Program-made: the position numbers and the translations under genes
Source of the DNA: a virus
IMG/VR virus record: IMGVR_UViG_3300045988_122718
Location: 91,170 to 155,169 of that record
DNA length: 64,000 nt
Strand: one strand, 5' to 3'
Part shown: in pieces, positions 34,192 through 45,060 of the stretch
Layout of the letters: every line of letters begins with the position of its first letter
Numbering within the stretch: position 1 is the first letter of the stretch
Notes under the pieces: generated by a model
Databases searched by the model: none
Told to the model about the DNA's origin: nothing
Seen by the model: the letters and a program-made list of their open reading frames with translations, nothing else

Positions 34192-35760
34192 TTAATTTGA
34201 ACCAATAAACCCATGTTTCGGTTTGCCCCAGCAACATTCACTAAATGTAGCATATCTACCGTTAAACCTAAACATCAATGCCGAACCAGAAGATGTAGAG
34301 TTTTCTGAATTTCTACTTTTTGCCAAGAAGCAAAATTTCCATGGATACTTTGGGTCGCACAAATAATCTTTCATTACAGAATTTCCATTTTCATCTCTTA
34401 CAATTTGATATGGATGACAAAAATATTTTGAAGATTGGTCAAGCTCATCTTTATACACATCTCTAATGCAAAGCAATGTATCAAGCTGCTCTACCATCCC
34501 CTTTGCTCCTGATAGCATATTAGAATCTAGAAACAAAGCTCCCTTTTGGCTTTGTGCTAACTGGACAGAAGCACACATAATCAGGTTAAATTTCTTTGCC
34601 AAGATGTCAAGGTCACGGCTATACTGTACAAGTTCTTCCCATGCTGCCAAATTGCCATCTCTCTTATTGCTATCAGAGATCTTTAGCGTGTCGAAAATAA
34701 CCATAGAATACCCATACTGTAATGCATAGAATCTGATCTTTGACTTTACTACATCAAATGAATTTTCCGAGAGCTGAATAAAATGCATCCTTCCTTTATA
34801 ATGCTCGTTGAAATAATCCTTTGCCTTTTGAAGCATCTTTTTATTTTCGTCTGTTAACTTACCAGCCATAAGACTCGACTTTGTGATACCATACTCCTTA
34901 AAATGTTTGTATAGAATGAACAGTATCATGTTAATCTTCCAAACTTTTGATGATTGCTCATTACACAAAATTAATATCTTTTCTTGAAGTGCCATAGACA
35001 TGGCAATTGAACACCACATTGCAGTTTTACCACTTGACGAAAATCCGGCAATATAGTGTGACGCTTGTCGAGTGAATCCCAATGTCAAAGAGGAAAGGTA
35101 AGGAAAAACGTTCATATTATCTCCGTTTATATCTTTTCCTGCATATGCGTATGGAGTTCCGTACTCTTCTGCATTTTCCAACGACTCTAGAAACTCATCT
35201 GTAATTTCAATATCTGTATCTTCAAGTAGCTTTACATCATATCCGCCAACATACATCTTATTAAGCTGAGTTTCATACCACTCCACAAGTTCTGTTGACG
35301 TAAGATTTTTAGAAAACTCAAGGGGTGTCATTTCCTTTTTACCGATCTGAACTTTCTTTGTAAGGTTAAAACCAGCATCATATAGGCGTAAAATCGTATT
35401 ATATCTATAAAGTTCATCTAGAATGCTATCTCTATTCTTCAACGAAACAACACTTGCCATATTATCAATTGCCTTATACCCTCCACGCTCATTGAACTTT
35501 TCTAGTGTTTCTTCGGATAAGTTACTGATTACTGCAACTTCATCAAACTCGTTCAAATTTTTCGAACGAAGATGTTTTTCTACACCGAAATAAAAGCGTC
35601 CATCTTTGCTGAGAAAGTCCGCCGATGATAATGAAATTTCATCTAGAATAAGTGGGTCTTGCCATAGGATACCAATTACAGATGCTTCTGCATTGATACG
35701 CCCTTCTAGTAGCTCTTTTGGATATTTATCTTCTACACCTCTTAGCCAAACATCATTCAT
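34192..35760 (-). CDS. DnaB-like replicative helicase
   Basis: N-terminal DnaB-like; ASHYIAGFSSSGKTAMWCSIAMSMAL (Walker A); MVIFDTLKIS; IMCASVQLAQSQ. Confidence 0.85.
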   Translation of the reverse strand: MNDVWLRGVEDKYPKELLEGRINAEASVIGILWQDPLILDEISLSSADFLSKDGRFYFGVEKHLRSKNLNEFDEVAVISNLSEETLEKFNERGGYKAIDNMASVVSLKNRDSILDELYRYNTILRLYDAGFNLTKKVQIGKKEMTPLEFSKNLTSTELVEWYETQLNKMYVGGYDVKLLEDTDIEITDEFLESLENAEEYGTPYAYAGKDINGDNMNVFPYLSSLTLGFTRQASHYIAGFSSSGKTAMWCSIAMSMALQEKILILCNEQSSKVWKINMILFILYKHFKEYGITKSSLMAGKLTDENKKMLQKAKDYFNEHYKGRMHFIQLSENSFDVVKSKIRFYALQYGYSMVIFDTLKISDSNKRDGNLAAWEELVQYSRDLDILAKKFNLIMCASVQLAQSQKGALFLDSNMLSGAKGMVEQLDTLLCIRDVYKDELDQSSKYFCHPYQIVRDENGNSVMKDYLCDPKYPWKFCFLAKSRNSENSTSSGSALMFRFNGRYATFSECCWGKPKHGFIGSN

Positions 35761-36317
35761 AGATCATCCTCCAATTCCGCAAATGATTTTCGTATCTTTT
35801 TATTTTCCCTTACTGGTTCGAATAATACAAAAGAAGATTCCTTTGGTATAGCATTGTCAACAACTGGAAGTTGTCCTCTATAGTCATGTAGCTTCGATGA
35901 CACGATAACACTATAGTAGCGCACACGGTTAAAGTCGTTTGCAAATTCCTTTCGTGCTAATGTGGAAGATAAGAAATCTTCATTCTCTTTGAGATAGCTT
36001 AGAATCTTCTTTCTGTCCGCAAGCTTCTCCCAATTCTTTACTTCTCTTTTCAGTATGCCATAGCCTTGAAATTCGTACCCGAAGATAGCTTTTGTTTCTT
36101 CAAAAATTTCATCGTACTCTGCCTTTTCTTTCACATACTCTTCATTCTCTTGTTTCTTTGCCAGCCTCTCAATTTCTTTCGCTTTCTTTTCTGCGTTTGC
36201 TTTGTCATAGCATTCTTGATTACAATAATATGTATTATATTTCTCTCCTGGAATTTGAAGAGCATCTTTCTTTTCTATTTTAGACTTGCAGTATCTGCAA
36301 GTTACTCTCATTCCCAT
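35757..36317 (-). CDS. Zinc-knuckle/coiled-coil hypothetical protein
   Basis: CRYCKSKIEKK..YYCNQECYDKA. Confidence 0.55.
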   Translation of the reverse strand: MGMRVTCRYCKSKIEKKDALQIPGEKYNTYYCNQECYDKANAEKKAKEIERLAKKQENEEYVKEKAEYDEIFEETKAIFGYEFQGYGILKREVKNWEKLADRKKILSYLKENEDFLSSTLARKEFANDFNRVRYYSVIVSSKLHDYRGQLPVVDNAIPKESSFVLFEPVRENKKIRKSFAELEDDL

Positions 36318-36364
36318 AGTCTACCTCCAAAAAAATAAGGGGAAGGTTGCCCTCCCCCTGTTTG

Positions 36365-37576
36365 TTAAGCTAGGGCTTCTAGAATTGCCTTTAGAGTGTT
36401 TTCATCATGTACGTCTGCAAGCTTTGCACCGTTTAGAATTCCCTTAATACCCTTCTTAGTTTCCGCATCCGCATTCTTAAATGCAGGTCTGATAGCTGCC
36501 TTTGCTGCATCCTCATCAAAAGGCTCCACATCCTCCTCGTTGTCTTCATCGAAAAAATCCGTATCATCCTCGTCCCAAGAAGCAGTTTCTACTTCATTTA
36601 CATCATCTGACTGAACTGGAGTAGCATCAATCTCTTCGTCTTCCTCAACGACAGGCTCCTCAACCTTTGCCTTCTTGGTAATCTTCTTAGCAGTCTTCTT
36701 GACCGAAGTCTCTACATCACCAGAAGAAGCGTTGCAAGTCTTACTCTTTTCCATACCGTCCTCGATCACTTTGATAAAATCCTTTGCCATATTTGGCTTA
36801 TCAAATACTAGATACTCAGGGACTGCACCGAAAGCAAATCTACCACCGGCATCAATCTCAGGAGTGCCACGGAAATAAAGCTTACGGATAGAATCAGTTG
36901 CATATCTCTTAGCGTCGCTTCCTTCTCCGACAGTCTCAATGTTACGGTCAATCATACCAGTAACAACGACATCAAAAATGTCCCCTAGAGCTGCTTCATA
37001 TGCGGCAGATAGATTGCTTGTTAGCTGCATGTAGCCCTCGTTGTCTACATTCGCCTTGTCCTTGATGTTCTTATACTTCGAATGGCCTAGAACCCAGACC
37101 TGAATACCCGCCTTGCGAATCTTATCAAAATAATTCTTCATAAGAGTAGCGGAATACTGTTCTCCCGCAGTATAACCACCCATAGCAGCTTTCACAGATT
37201 TTACCGTCTTCTGGGGATTCTCAATGTTGTGCTGACGGACAGTCTCCTTGTCAAACAAAGGAACTAGCTCATCTGCAACATCGAATCCTACAATTTCAAT
37301 GTGATGCTCAGTTCCCTTCCCTTCAATCAGCCACTTTTGGAACTCAACAAGATCCTTATATGTGTCTAGATGAAGAGTGTTTAGGTTATCTAGCAGTTCA
37401 TCGCCCCGCTCCATGCCAATTTCTGCAAGGCATCCATAGGTTGGATCTCCATACTTCTCCATGATTACATCTCTAAACAGAGTAGACTTACCAAATTTCT
37501 TTACTGAACGAATATAAATGCTTACATTCTTTAGGTCTGGTTTAATAGTCTTTACAGTAGGTTTTACAAACGCCAT
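36365..37576 (-). CDS. P-loop ATPase (AAA_24/Sak4-like)
   Basis: VSIYIRSVKKFGKSTLFRDVI...VWVLGHSKYKNI. Confidence 0.65.
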   Translation of the reverse strand: MAFVKPTVKTIKPDLKNVSIYIRSVKKFGKSTLFRDVIMEKYGDPTYGCLAEIGMERGDELLDNLNTLHLDTYKDLVEFQKWLIEGKGTEHHIEIVGFDVADELVPLFDKETVRQHNIENPQKTVKSVKAAMGGYTAGEQYSATLMKNYFDKIRKAGIQVWVLGHSKYKNIKDKANVDNEGYMQLTSNLSAAYEAALGDIFDVVVTGMIDRNIETVGEGSDAKRYATDSIRKLYFRGTPEIDAGGRFAFGAVPEYLVFDKPNMAKDFIKVIEDGMEKSKTCNASSGDVETSVKKTAKKITKKAKVEEPVVEEDEEIDATPVQSDDVNEVETASWDEDDTDFFDEDNEEDVEPFDEDAAKAAIRPAFKNADAETKKGIKGILNGAKLADVHDENTLKAILEALA

Positions 37577-37617
37577 ATTTATTTCCTTCTTTCTATTAAT
37601 TTTGTATTGTTAGTAGA

Positions 37618-38739
37618 TTATAGATCATCGTCGTCAAATAGGTCTGTATCTTCTTCCTTCTCTACTTCCTTAGATGGTTTCTTTTTCATATCATCAAGAG
37701 AATACACAGTAGTCTCAGAACCCTTGGAAAATCCCTTGCCTGGGCCTTTGATTCTAATCTCGTGAATCGTATCTCCGTACATACTACCACCGGCATCCTT
37801 GATTGCATCCTCTAATGAAATAATACCAAAATCAATCATTTCCTTTGTATCATCAGACAAATCATCATAAGAAATATCTACCTTTTGAGCACCATCAATC
37901 TGCTCACACTCAAGAACCATTCTACGGATAGTATCATCTTCGAACTTGCTAAAAATCTTTTCCCATCCTTTGACCTTCTTCTTCCCCTTGTCATCAGTAC
38001 CAAATCTCATAACGAGGGAAATAGGACAATACCAATTTTTCTTGGTAGAATTATCGTAAAATGCTGTGTAACCATTGGCAATAGCCTTTCCGATTTCTAC
38101 ATAATCTTCACTATCTACTGGATTCTCAGCAAAATAGAAATCAATATTTACCGTACTTTCTGGCTCCTTATCATCATCTACTCTGTAAATCTTTGTGACC
38201 TCATATGTAGAATAATATCTATCGTTCTTTTCACTATAAGTATAGTTAATTATTCCATTGACCCTAAATTTCGTGTTCTTAATTTTTTCAGAGTTTACCA
38301 CCTTATTTACATACTCGCAGAAATCAGTACCGGCAAGAAAATGCTTTCTGCGACTGTTTGCCTTAGCAAGACCTTCTGTGTCACCGCTCTTCTCTAACTC
38401 TTGACGGTGATTATACGTATCAAGATCCACAGTGAATACTTTCCACCCAGCCATCTTATTAATCATATCTGGATTGGTTCTTTCACCCCAAGGAATCTGG
38501 AATGACTCCCCCTTCTTTCCATTCTCAGGCTTAGTGAATCCATAAATGACATTTTTATCCTCTTGCTGCCAACGACCCGCATTAATTTCTACAAGATGAC
38601 GATTATCTCCAGCAATTACATTAAAACATAGACGCTCCGTCATCCACCCACTATCATAAGTTTTTACAGAAAAACTGCTCCATGATTCCGTACTCTTAAT
38701 TGGCTTTAAGTAGCCGATAAAACTAAACGTGTTTGACAT
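37618..38739 (-). CDS. Hypothetical protein, possible ssDNA-binding/OB-fold recombination partner
   Basis: Follows the ATPase; acidic C terminus DTDLFDDDDL. Confidence 0.45.
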   Translation of the reverse strand: MSNTFSFIGYLKPIKSTESWSSFSVKTYDSGWMTERLCFNVIAGDNRHLVEINAGRWQQEDKNVIYGFTKPENGKKGESFQIPWGERTNPDMINKMAGWKVFTVDLDTYNHRQELEKSGDTEGLAKANSRRKHFLAGTDFCEYVNKVVNSEKIKNTKFRVNGIINYTYSEKNDRYYSTYEVTKIYRVDDDKEPESTVNIDFYFAENPVDSEDYVEIGKAIANGYTAFYDNSTKKNWYCPISLVMRFGTDDKGKKKVKGWEKIFSKFEDDTIRRMVLECEQIDGAQKVDISYDDLSDDTKEMIDFGIISLEDAIKDAGGSMYGDTIHEIRIKGPGKGFSKGSETTVYSLDDMKKKPSKEVEKEEDTDLFDDDDL

Positions 38740-39899
38740 ATTCTTTCTTTCCTTTCTTGTATATATAAAATTATATTATTAATATTCTGATTATAGATGT
38801 ATTCATACATCCATATAAATCCACCGGCTTTTTCATATTTGTCTTGACAACAAAAGCTGATACATTGACAATCTATACCGGTCTCTCTATGTGCGCATCT
38901 AATGCTTTCATATTTATTTATTAAATTTCCATTAACATCTAATTGGGCTACGCATTTCATTTCTTTTTCGTGCAACTTACGAAGCTCAATAATTTCTTCT
39001 TCGGAATAAATATGACCATAATTAGGATTATTCTCTCCCTGTACACTAGGTCTTGGCCCACGCATTTTTTCTTTAGCTTCTTCTGTGTGATGTTTTCCGA
39101 GCATAGGAGACTCCCTATGGATACCATACAACGGATGATTTTCGCCACGCAAAATATTTGCCCTAAGATTTTCCAACCATCGTTGATACGCTCCCTCATC
39201 CATTCTTTCTTGTGGAGATTTACCATAATTAGGATTGTTTTCACCTTGTATAGAAGGCCTCGGCTTTCTAAGTTTTTCTAATACTTCTTCATTCCGCATT
39301 GCTTCTTTCACAGATACAGAAATTTTATATTTTGTTTCTTGTGTTAAGTGTCGCCCATATCTTGGATGATTTTCAGGATTTTCAAACCTTTCCTTTTGCG
39401 CATCACTCATTTTTTGCTTGGCCTCTTTAGTATGAAATTTACCATACATAGGAGAATCGGTGCCATACCTATGCACACCATACATTGGATTGTTTTTGCC
39501 AGACATCCGTTTACTTAAATTATACTTTTCTTCTTCGGTATGGTGTTTTCCAAAGTTTGGGTGATTTTCACCAGAGTTTATTTTTGAAAATGCAATCTTA
39601 GCTTCTTCATATTCATCTGCTGTAATATTATATTGTTTTTGATCATTATCTTTTTTAGTTGACATCATATGCCACGCATAAACTAAACTTTCATTTTCTG
39701 GATTCTGCAACGCCAATAGCCTATGCGCCTCAAAATGTTCTCTCGCATAAAGATCTATTAGGTTTTCTTTTTCATTGTGTCCGCCCATACACTTAGGTAA
39801 GATATGGTGTCTCTCATGATACTCATCTCCGCAATTAAATCGTCCTCGTGTATCTAAAATATTTTGTATAAATTCTTCATAGGTCTTTTCCTCTTCCAA
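38706..39899 (-). CDS. Homing endonuclease, HNH-like with NUMOD3 repeats
   Basis: ERHHILPKCMGGHNEKENLIDLYAREHFEAH; repeated NPMYGxHhTEExKxKM. Confidence 0.88.
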   Translation of the reverse strand: MEEEKTYEEFIQNILDTRGRFNCGDEYHERHHILPKCMGGHNEKENLIDLYAREHFEAHRLLALQNPENESLVYAWHMMSTKKDNDQKQYNITADEYEEAKIAFSKINSGENHPNFGKHHTEEEKYNLSKRMSGKNNPMYGVHRYGTDSPMYGKFHTKEAKQKMSDAQKERFENPENHPRYGRHLTQETKYKISVSVKEAMRNEEVLEKLRKPRPSIQGENNPNYGKSPQERMDEGAYQRWLENLRANILRGENHPLYGIHRESPMLGKHHTEEAKEKMRGPRPSVQGENNPNYGHIYSEEEIIELRKLHEKEMKCVAQLDVNGNLINKYESIRCAHRETGIDCQCISFCCQDKYEKAGGFIWMYEYIYNQNINNIILYIQERKERICQTRLVLSAT

Positions 39900-39983
39900 A
39901 AGTACTCCCCCTGATGTCGTAAACTCTCATAATGTCATTTCCTTTCGTTTTGCATCTTTTAAATTAATTTTGTATTGTAATAA

Positions 39984-40187
39984 TTAATATAAAAAATATC
40001 TTTCGTCTTTCGTAATATCCATATATAAATACTTGTCGTCTATTGACTCTCCTACCCATAAATGTTTAACTTCATCTTCGCATTCTCCACACCAGAATGT
40101 ATTGTACAGATCCTCTTTCTTATATGGATACTCTATGTAATGTACTGCTCCGCAGTTACAACATTGAAAATACGCTCCTGCTTTCAT
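39984..40187 (-). CDS. Small zinc-ribbon protein
   Basis: CCNCGAVHYIE...FWCGECEDE. Confidence 0.5.
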   Translation of the reverse strand: MKAGAYFQCCNCGAVHYIEYPYKKEDLYNTFWCGECEDEVKHLWVGESIDDKYLYMDITKDERYFLY

Positions 40188-40291
40188 ACGTTCGCCCTAA
40201 TGTCAACTCGACATTTTTGCTGCCTCCTTTCCTCATGTGGTACAACCACTTTCTACTTATGTTGTGATTATACCACATAATGTAAGTTTTG

Positions 40292-40615
40292 TCAATACCT
40301 TGAAATAATTTTTATTGTCATCCTATTTCCGTTGATTACCACCTTCCCGTCATCAACCTCATATGAAATAACATCATCTTTATCTATATATATTGCCTGT
40401 CCATGTACACGGAACCCCCATCCCACTTCTGTCTCTGGTACAAACTTCATCTGAATATGCTGCTTGCCGAAGAGCTTATGCCCGGTATAGATGTCTGCTG
40501 TTTTCCCTTTCATTTCTTTTAATGCATCAATTAATTGTCTCATGTTTTTCTCCCCTTCTTCGTCTAAAGTTTGTACGACTATTATACTATACTTTTCCAT
40601 AATTGACAAGAACAA
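40292..40615 (-). CDS. Hypothetical protein
   Basis: Co-directional ORF. Confidence 0.4.
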   Translation of the reverse strand: MFLSIMEKYSIIVVQTLDEEGEKNMRQLIDALKEMKGKTADIYTGHKLFGKQHIQMKFVPETEVGWGFRVHGQAIYIDKDDVISYEVDDGKVVINGNRMTIKIISRY

Positions 40616-40676
40616 ATGTTCCCCTTCTATAAATTGCTAATTAATTTTGTGCTGTAAATCTTATGTAATGAGCAGC

Positions 40677-41582
40677 CTATACATACTGCTCATATTTCTG
40701 ATGAATATTGTCGACCCAATAGTCTCCGAATCCATATCTCTTTGCCAACTCTTCTCCTTTATTTGTTTTTAAGAACTCTCTTAATCCCAATCCTGTTTCC
40801 TTCATACCAAGTTGAAGATGGTGCCACAATCCAGAAGCTGCGATATTCTTCATAGTCAATCCAGGTATATCTAAATAATCCCTGAATATTTGAATTTTAC
40901 GGTATACCCACCTAAATCTGCTATCTGGGGTATCAATTCCTCTCGCATTTGGTCTTTCTTTGTAAATTTTACCTTTACCGTTTACCTCAATTACTCTCAT
41001 TGTATTCCCATAGCTCATTAATTCTGTTTCGGCAAATGCCTTTGGTAATAATTCTCTTAGCCTATCTGTCATTGGAAACTCTTTTTCGTTAACACGTAAT
41101 ATATTTCCTTGCACACAATCTTCAGACACAGAATATATGTCTTCCATATTTTTACCAGCAACACCGTTCCACAAAAGTTCTATTATTGCCTTGTCTACCC
41201 AGTTAAGAAGCTGAACCTCAACGTCATCAAGTTCCTCCCTTGTAAGCAAGATGTTTGCATCTTTGTCTACCATATCAGCAATATCTGCTTTTCCAATTAA
41301 CTCATACGCATTTGTGCCGACTTCTCCGAATACGAATCTAGAATAATGCTTCAAAACTATGGTGTAATTCAGCAAAGAATTGATTGATTTTGCTTTAAAT
41401 TTTGCAAGCATATCTAGAATCTCGTCTCTAGTAAACTTTGATACATCCTTATTAAGCTTCTCTTCAAAGTCCTCTGTCTTTTTAAAAACTGCATAAAGAC
41501 TAGTTTCTGCAACCACCTTACTCCTCAAGTACTCTTTTATAAATGTCTCTTTTTGCGCTTCGTTAAACATCTCCTTCTTCAC
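40677..41582 (-). CDS. Hypothetical protein, integrase-like helical organisation
   Basis: LNYTIVLKHYSRF...LTREELDDVEVQLLNW; adjacent to recombinase. Confidence 0.45.
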   Translation of the reverse strand: MKKEMFNEAQKETFIKEYLRSKVVAETSLYAVFKKTEDFEEKLNKDVSKFTRDEILDMLAKFKAKSINSLLNYTIVLKHYSRFVFGEVGTNAYELIGKADIADMVDKDANILLTREELDDVEVQLLNWVDKAIIELLWNGVAGKNMEDIYSVSEDCVQGNILRVNEKEFPMTDRLRELLPKAFAETELMSYGNTMRVIEVNGKGKIYKERPNARGIDTPDSRFRWVYRKIQIFRDYLDIPGLTMKNIAASGLWHHLQLGMKETGLGLREFLKTNKGEELAKRYGFGDYWVDNIHQKYEQYV

Positions 41583-41626
41583 TCCTTATAACTGTATTCT
41601 ACAGTACAATATTAATTTTGTCAAGT

Positions 41627-42607
41627 TTATTTTACGATACTATCAAGGATATTGACAGCTTCCTGCTTCTGCTTATCAAGTGCAGCAACATATCTCATAG
41701 TCGTATTGACATTATTATGCCCTAAGATTTCCTTTATTACTTGTACTGGTACATCGTGTGCTCCCATTTGTGTTGCTGCGGTTGCTCTGAGCTTGTGTGG
41801 TGTAATGTGCTTATCAGTAACACCTTCAATATATTTTTTCAAAAGCAATTCAACATTCTTTGGTGACATTCTGTTATTCCATTGAGAAACAAACAGAGGA
41901 CCTCTTTCATCTACATCAAAATAATCCCTTCTGTCCTGAAGCCAATTTAATAACAATTGCTTCATATTTTCACCGAATCCAATAGTTCTTTCTTTTCTTC
42001 CCTTTTCAATTACAGTGATTGTATTTGTCTTAAAGTTCACATCTTCTACATTTATTTGCACCAATGCAGACTTTCTTAATCCAGTAGAAATGAAAAGTGA
42101 GAAGATACACAAATCTCTATTAAATAATCTTTCTGTAGACTTTTCTTTTATGTTTGCAAACAGCTTACTAATCTCGTCCTCCTCCAAAAATGTTACTTCA
42201 CCTTTTGCTTTTACTTTTGGTCTCTTTGCCCCTTCTACCGGATTATTATCTGTAAAACCAAGATCATTCAAGAATACGAAGAACTTTTTAATTGCCGACC
42301 ATTTTGTTGCAAGAATACTATCGCCCGTTCTTACAATTTCTCCTTCTTTTTCCTTTGTTCTCTGAGAAGAAATAAACTGCCTTACATTGGATTGAGTTAC
42401 ATTCTTATAATACTCATCGTCCTTTTTTCCTCCTGTAATATATTCCATGAATTCAACATTATAATCAATATAATGCTCTATCGTATTATAAGATCTATCA
42501 TCTTCTTCCATATAACTATAAAATTCTGTAAAGATAGGCGGAAGCTTTTTCAATTTTGCCTTAATAACCTTTTGCTTATTCAATTCAGATTCCAAACGTC
42601 CGTTCAT
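41627..42607 (-). CDS. Tyrosine recombinase/integrase
   Basis: LFISTGLRKSALVQI...TPHKLRATAATQM...EILGHNNVNTTMRYV. Confidence 0.93.
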   Translation of the reverse strand: MNGRLESELNKQKVIKAKLKKLPPIFTEFYSYMEEDDRSYNTIEHYIDYNVEFMEYITGGKKDDEYYKNVTQSNVRQFISSQRTKEKEGEIVRTGDSILATKWSAIKKFFVFLNDLGFTDNNPVEGAKRPKVKAKGEVTFLEEDEISKLFANIKEKSTERLFNRDLCIFSLFISTGLRKSALVQINVEDVNFKTNTITVIEKGRKERTIGFGENMKQLLLNWLQDRRDYFDVDERGPLFVSQWNNRMSPKNVELLLKKYIEGVTDKHITPHKLRATAATQMGAHDVPVQVIKEILGHNNVNTTMRYVAALDKQKQEAVNILDSIVK

Positions 42608-42621
42608 AATAATATCCTCCT

Positions 42622-43128
42622 TTAATTATACTTTGAAGTTTTCCAAATCAAGTAAATTACTGTAGCGCCGATCCAACCAATAATTCTATCATTGAAAATA
42701 GTTAGAAGTAACATGATGACTACATACAACAAAGTTCCGTTGAATGTGTCTACTGATTGCTTCTTATTTTTACCATCAAGATATAACGGCCCGCTCTTCT
42801 GCCATTTTTCTGGTTCACTAGCATAATACACTTCTTGAAGAATATTCAGAATGTCACGACGAGCTGCAACAACACCCGTTTCATTTTCGTCAATACAGTT
42901 ATAAATTTCATTCCCGTGACTGTCGTACAAATAATAATCTCCTTTAATATAATGCATTTGATTGTCTACCATACATTTTATATACCCCTCTAAACGCAGT
43001 TTTGTCTTATACTTGCCTTTTCTTTGCATATCGTTTAGCCACTTATCAAATCCCGGTTTTGCCATTAATCCACCTTCTTTCCAACATACTCCCAATAATT
43101 GCCCACAACTCCATCCGTACAATCCCAA
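42622..43128 (-). CDS. Hypothetical membrane protein
   Basis: LLYVVIMLLLTIF..WIGATVIYLI. Confidence 0.45.
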   Translation of the reverse strand: MGLYGWSCGQLLGVCWKEGGLMAKPGFDKWLNDMQRKGKYKTKLRLEGYIKCMVDNQMHYIKGDYYLYDSHGNEIYNCIDENETGVVAARRDILNILQEVYYASEPEKWQKSGPLYLDGKNKKQSVDTFNGTLLYVVIMLLLTIFNDRIIGWIGATVIYLIWKTSKYN

Positions 43129-43577
43129 ATGTCATACCAGCTATGGTCACACAGATAGCTCATATGGTGAGTACCCACATGAGCAAGACATCTTCCGTTA
43201 TAAATCTTTGCAAACTCATAACCTCTATATTTCTGTCTATTGCTCTTCACAGGTTGCTTCATTTTCTTCCAACCATTCTCCTCAAAATACAAGGTATAAT
43301 TTTCTACTGCCGTTACCATATATCCAGTTCTAATTGAATATTCTACGAGTTTTCTTAAAACATCTTCCCATGTTTTTCCTTCTGCCGCTGCAATTGCACG
43401 GACTACACAATCATCCGTTCTTTTACCTTTAGGATTTGCGTTGTAATAAACATATGCGGGTTCACCATTGTACTTTGTCTTCTTAAACATTTTCAATACC
43501 TCCACAAAGTCTTTCTTTTCTTTCAATTCTCTTTCGTTTTGCTGCAGCTCTTTGTTGCCACCAATTATGGGCTTCAT
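43065..43577 (-). CDS. Possible papain-like cysteine protease/transglutaminase fold protein
   Basis: DDCVVRAIAAAEGKTWEDV...HVGTHHMSYLCD..YDIWDC. Confidence 0.4.
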   Translation of the reverse strand: MKPIIGGNKELQQNERELKEKKDFVEVLKMFKKTKYNGEPAYVYYNANPKGKRTDDCVVRAIAAAEGKTWEDVLRKLVEYSIRTGYMVTAVENYTLYFEENGWKKMKQPVKSNRQKYRGYEFAKIYNGRCLAHVGTHHMSYLCDHSWYDIWDCTDGVVGNYWEYVGKKVD

Positions 43578-43778
43578 TCTTCTCTAGGTGCCAACATTGC
43601 TTTTGCAAGCAATTCTTTTGTCTGATTTGTTTTACCGTTAAATAACAAGAATGATGACGACAATAGGCGGCGCAGTTCTCAGATTCACACCTATTCAATG
43701 TTTTCATCAGCATCAACCTTCCTTTCTTTTATGATAACGCCTTAATTTCGTATTGTCAATAATTTTGAGAATATTTTG

Positions 43779-44327
43779 TCAACTTTCCATCTTCCTCATC
43801 TTTAAAATAGGAGCGGACTTAGTTCCACCAACATTTTCTACATTTCCAAACACTTCTTTAATAACTCTAGCAATATCATCTGTTGTCATATCCATTTTCC
43901 TAGGACTACTAGGATAATTGCAAATAAACTCGCCGCCATATTTAGTTGCCTTATAGATTTGCATTAATGTTTCTCTCAGCATGTCTATAGAACTCTGCAC
44001 ATTGATAACATTTGAAGCAAACACAACATCATACTGCCTATCTAAAGCATACTTATTCAGTAATTCATCCCCTTCTCCACACCATAAGTCATATGCGACA
44101 ACATCAAATCCATTATTCAACAGATATTTTGTACTAGTCACTCCCTTTCCAGCCCCAAAGTCTAAAATTATTTTATTTTTATCTACATTTTTTTCTACAA
44201 AAAGAGGAACCACCGCTCGGATAGTTCCATTCTTAATAGCAGACGCTCCAGCGCTACGACTGGTTGCTTTTGCAATTCTAATCTCTTCACTTGTCATATT
44301 AAGTCTCCTTTCAAACATTATAAGCAA
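43779..44327 (-). CDS. SAM-dependent methyltransferase
   Basis: IILDFGAGKGVTSTKYLLNNGFDVVAYDL...YDVVFASNVINV. Confidence 0.75.
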   Translation of the reverse strand: MLIMFERRLNMTSEEIRIAKATSRSAGASAIKNGTIRAVVPLFVEKNVDKNKIILDFGAGKGVTSTKYLLNNGFDVVAYDLWCGEGDELLNKYALDRQYDVVFASNVINVQSSIDMLRETLMQIYKATKYGGEFICNYPSSPRKMDMTTDDIARVIKEVFGNVENVGGTKSAPILKMRKMES

Positions 44328-44336
44328 CAGTTTCTG

Positions 44337-45044
44337 TCACCATACTAAGTCCTCCAATAAATTGTCCTCTAAAACAACCACATTACAAAATCCTGTGTAG
44401 GCGACACAACTGTCGATCCCTATAAATCCATTTCCATAATAGGGCTTAAAGCAAGCATTATCTCCCCACTCGCTTCCAATTCCATTTCTCGACCACATCC
44501 AGCTCGTATGCCAATGTCCAAATACCAGAGTTTTATTTTCTGGTAGATTTTTATATAAAGCTGCCTCCTCAAAAGGATTAGGCCATCTGGCATACATCCA
44601 ATCTTTTTTATGACTTTCCCTCCAATCGTCTCCGACGGGGAGTGTTGAGTGGACAAATACATAATGCTCACTCTCGAAATAATCAACCATCTTGTCAAAC
44701 AATGGATTTAGTTTTTCCATTGTAACCGCACAGGCAGTATGAAACTCTTTTGCATTAGGAGCTAAATCACATACTGTTTTGTGCGTTCCATTATGAAAAT
44801 CGTTTGAACGTGGGAAGCCCCTTCGGCACATCGAAGTCATAAGATCTTCATGGTTTCCGAAAATTAGAACCTTATTGGGTACACTCATCATATAATCGAG
44901 AACTTGCTGACTTTCATCCATTCTATCAAAGAGATCTCCGCATACAATTAAGAGATGCTCTTTATTTCTTGGCTCAAAACCAGCTTCATCTAATTCCTTT
45001 TTCATAGGCGTGTACGCACTATGAATATCTGAAGTTACAAAAAT
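44337..45044 (-). CDS. Calcineurin-like metallophosphoesterase (approximate start MKIFVTSDIHS)
   Basis: FVTSDIHSAY...IVCGDLFDR...VLIFGNHEDL...LVFGHWH. Confidence 0.85.
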   Translation of the reverse strand: MFVTSDIHSAYTPMKKELDEAGFEPRNKEHLLIVCGDLFDRMDESQQVLDYMMSVPNKVLIFGNHEDLMTSMCRRGFPRSNDFHNGTHKTVCDLAPNAKEFHTACAVTMEKLNPLFDKMVDYFESEHYVFVHSTLPVGDDWRESHKKDWMYARWPNPFEEAALYKNLPENKTLVFGHWHTSWMWSRNGIGSEWGDNACFKPYYGNGFIGIDSCVAYTGFCNVVVLEDNLLEDLVW

Positions 45045-45060
45045 TTTCATCTTGTCCTCC

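Noticed and set aside
36396-36614. Ser-rich plus-strand ORF opposite the ATPase gene
   Set aside because: Antisense shadow of the acidic minus-strand C-terminal region.
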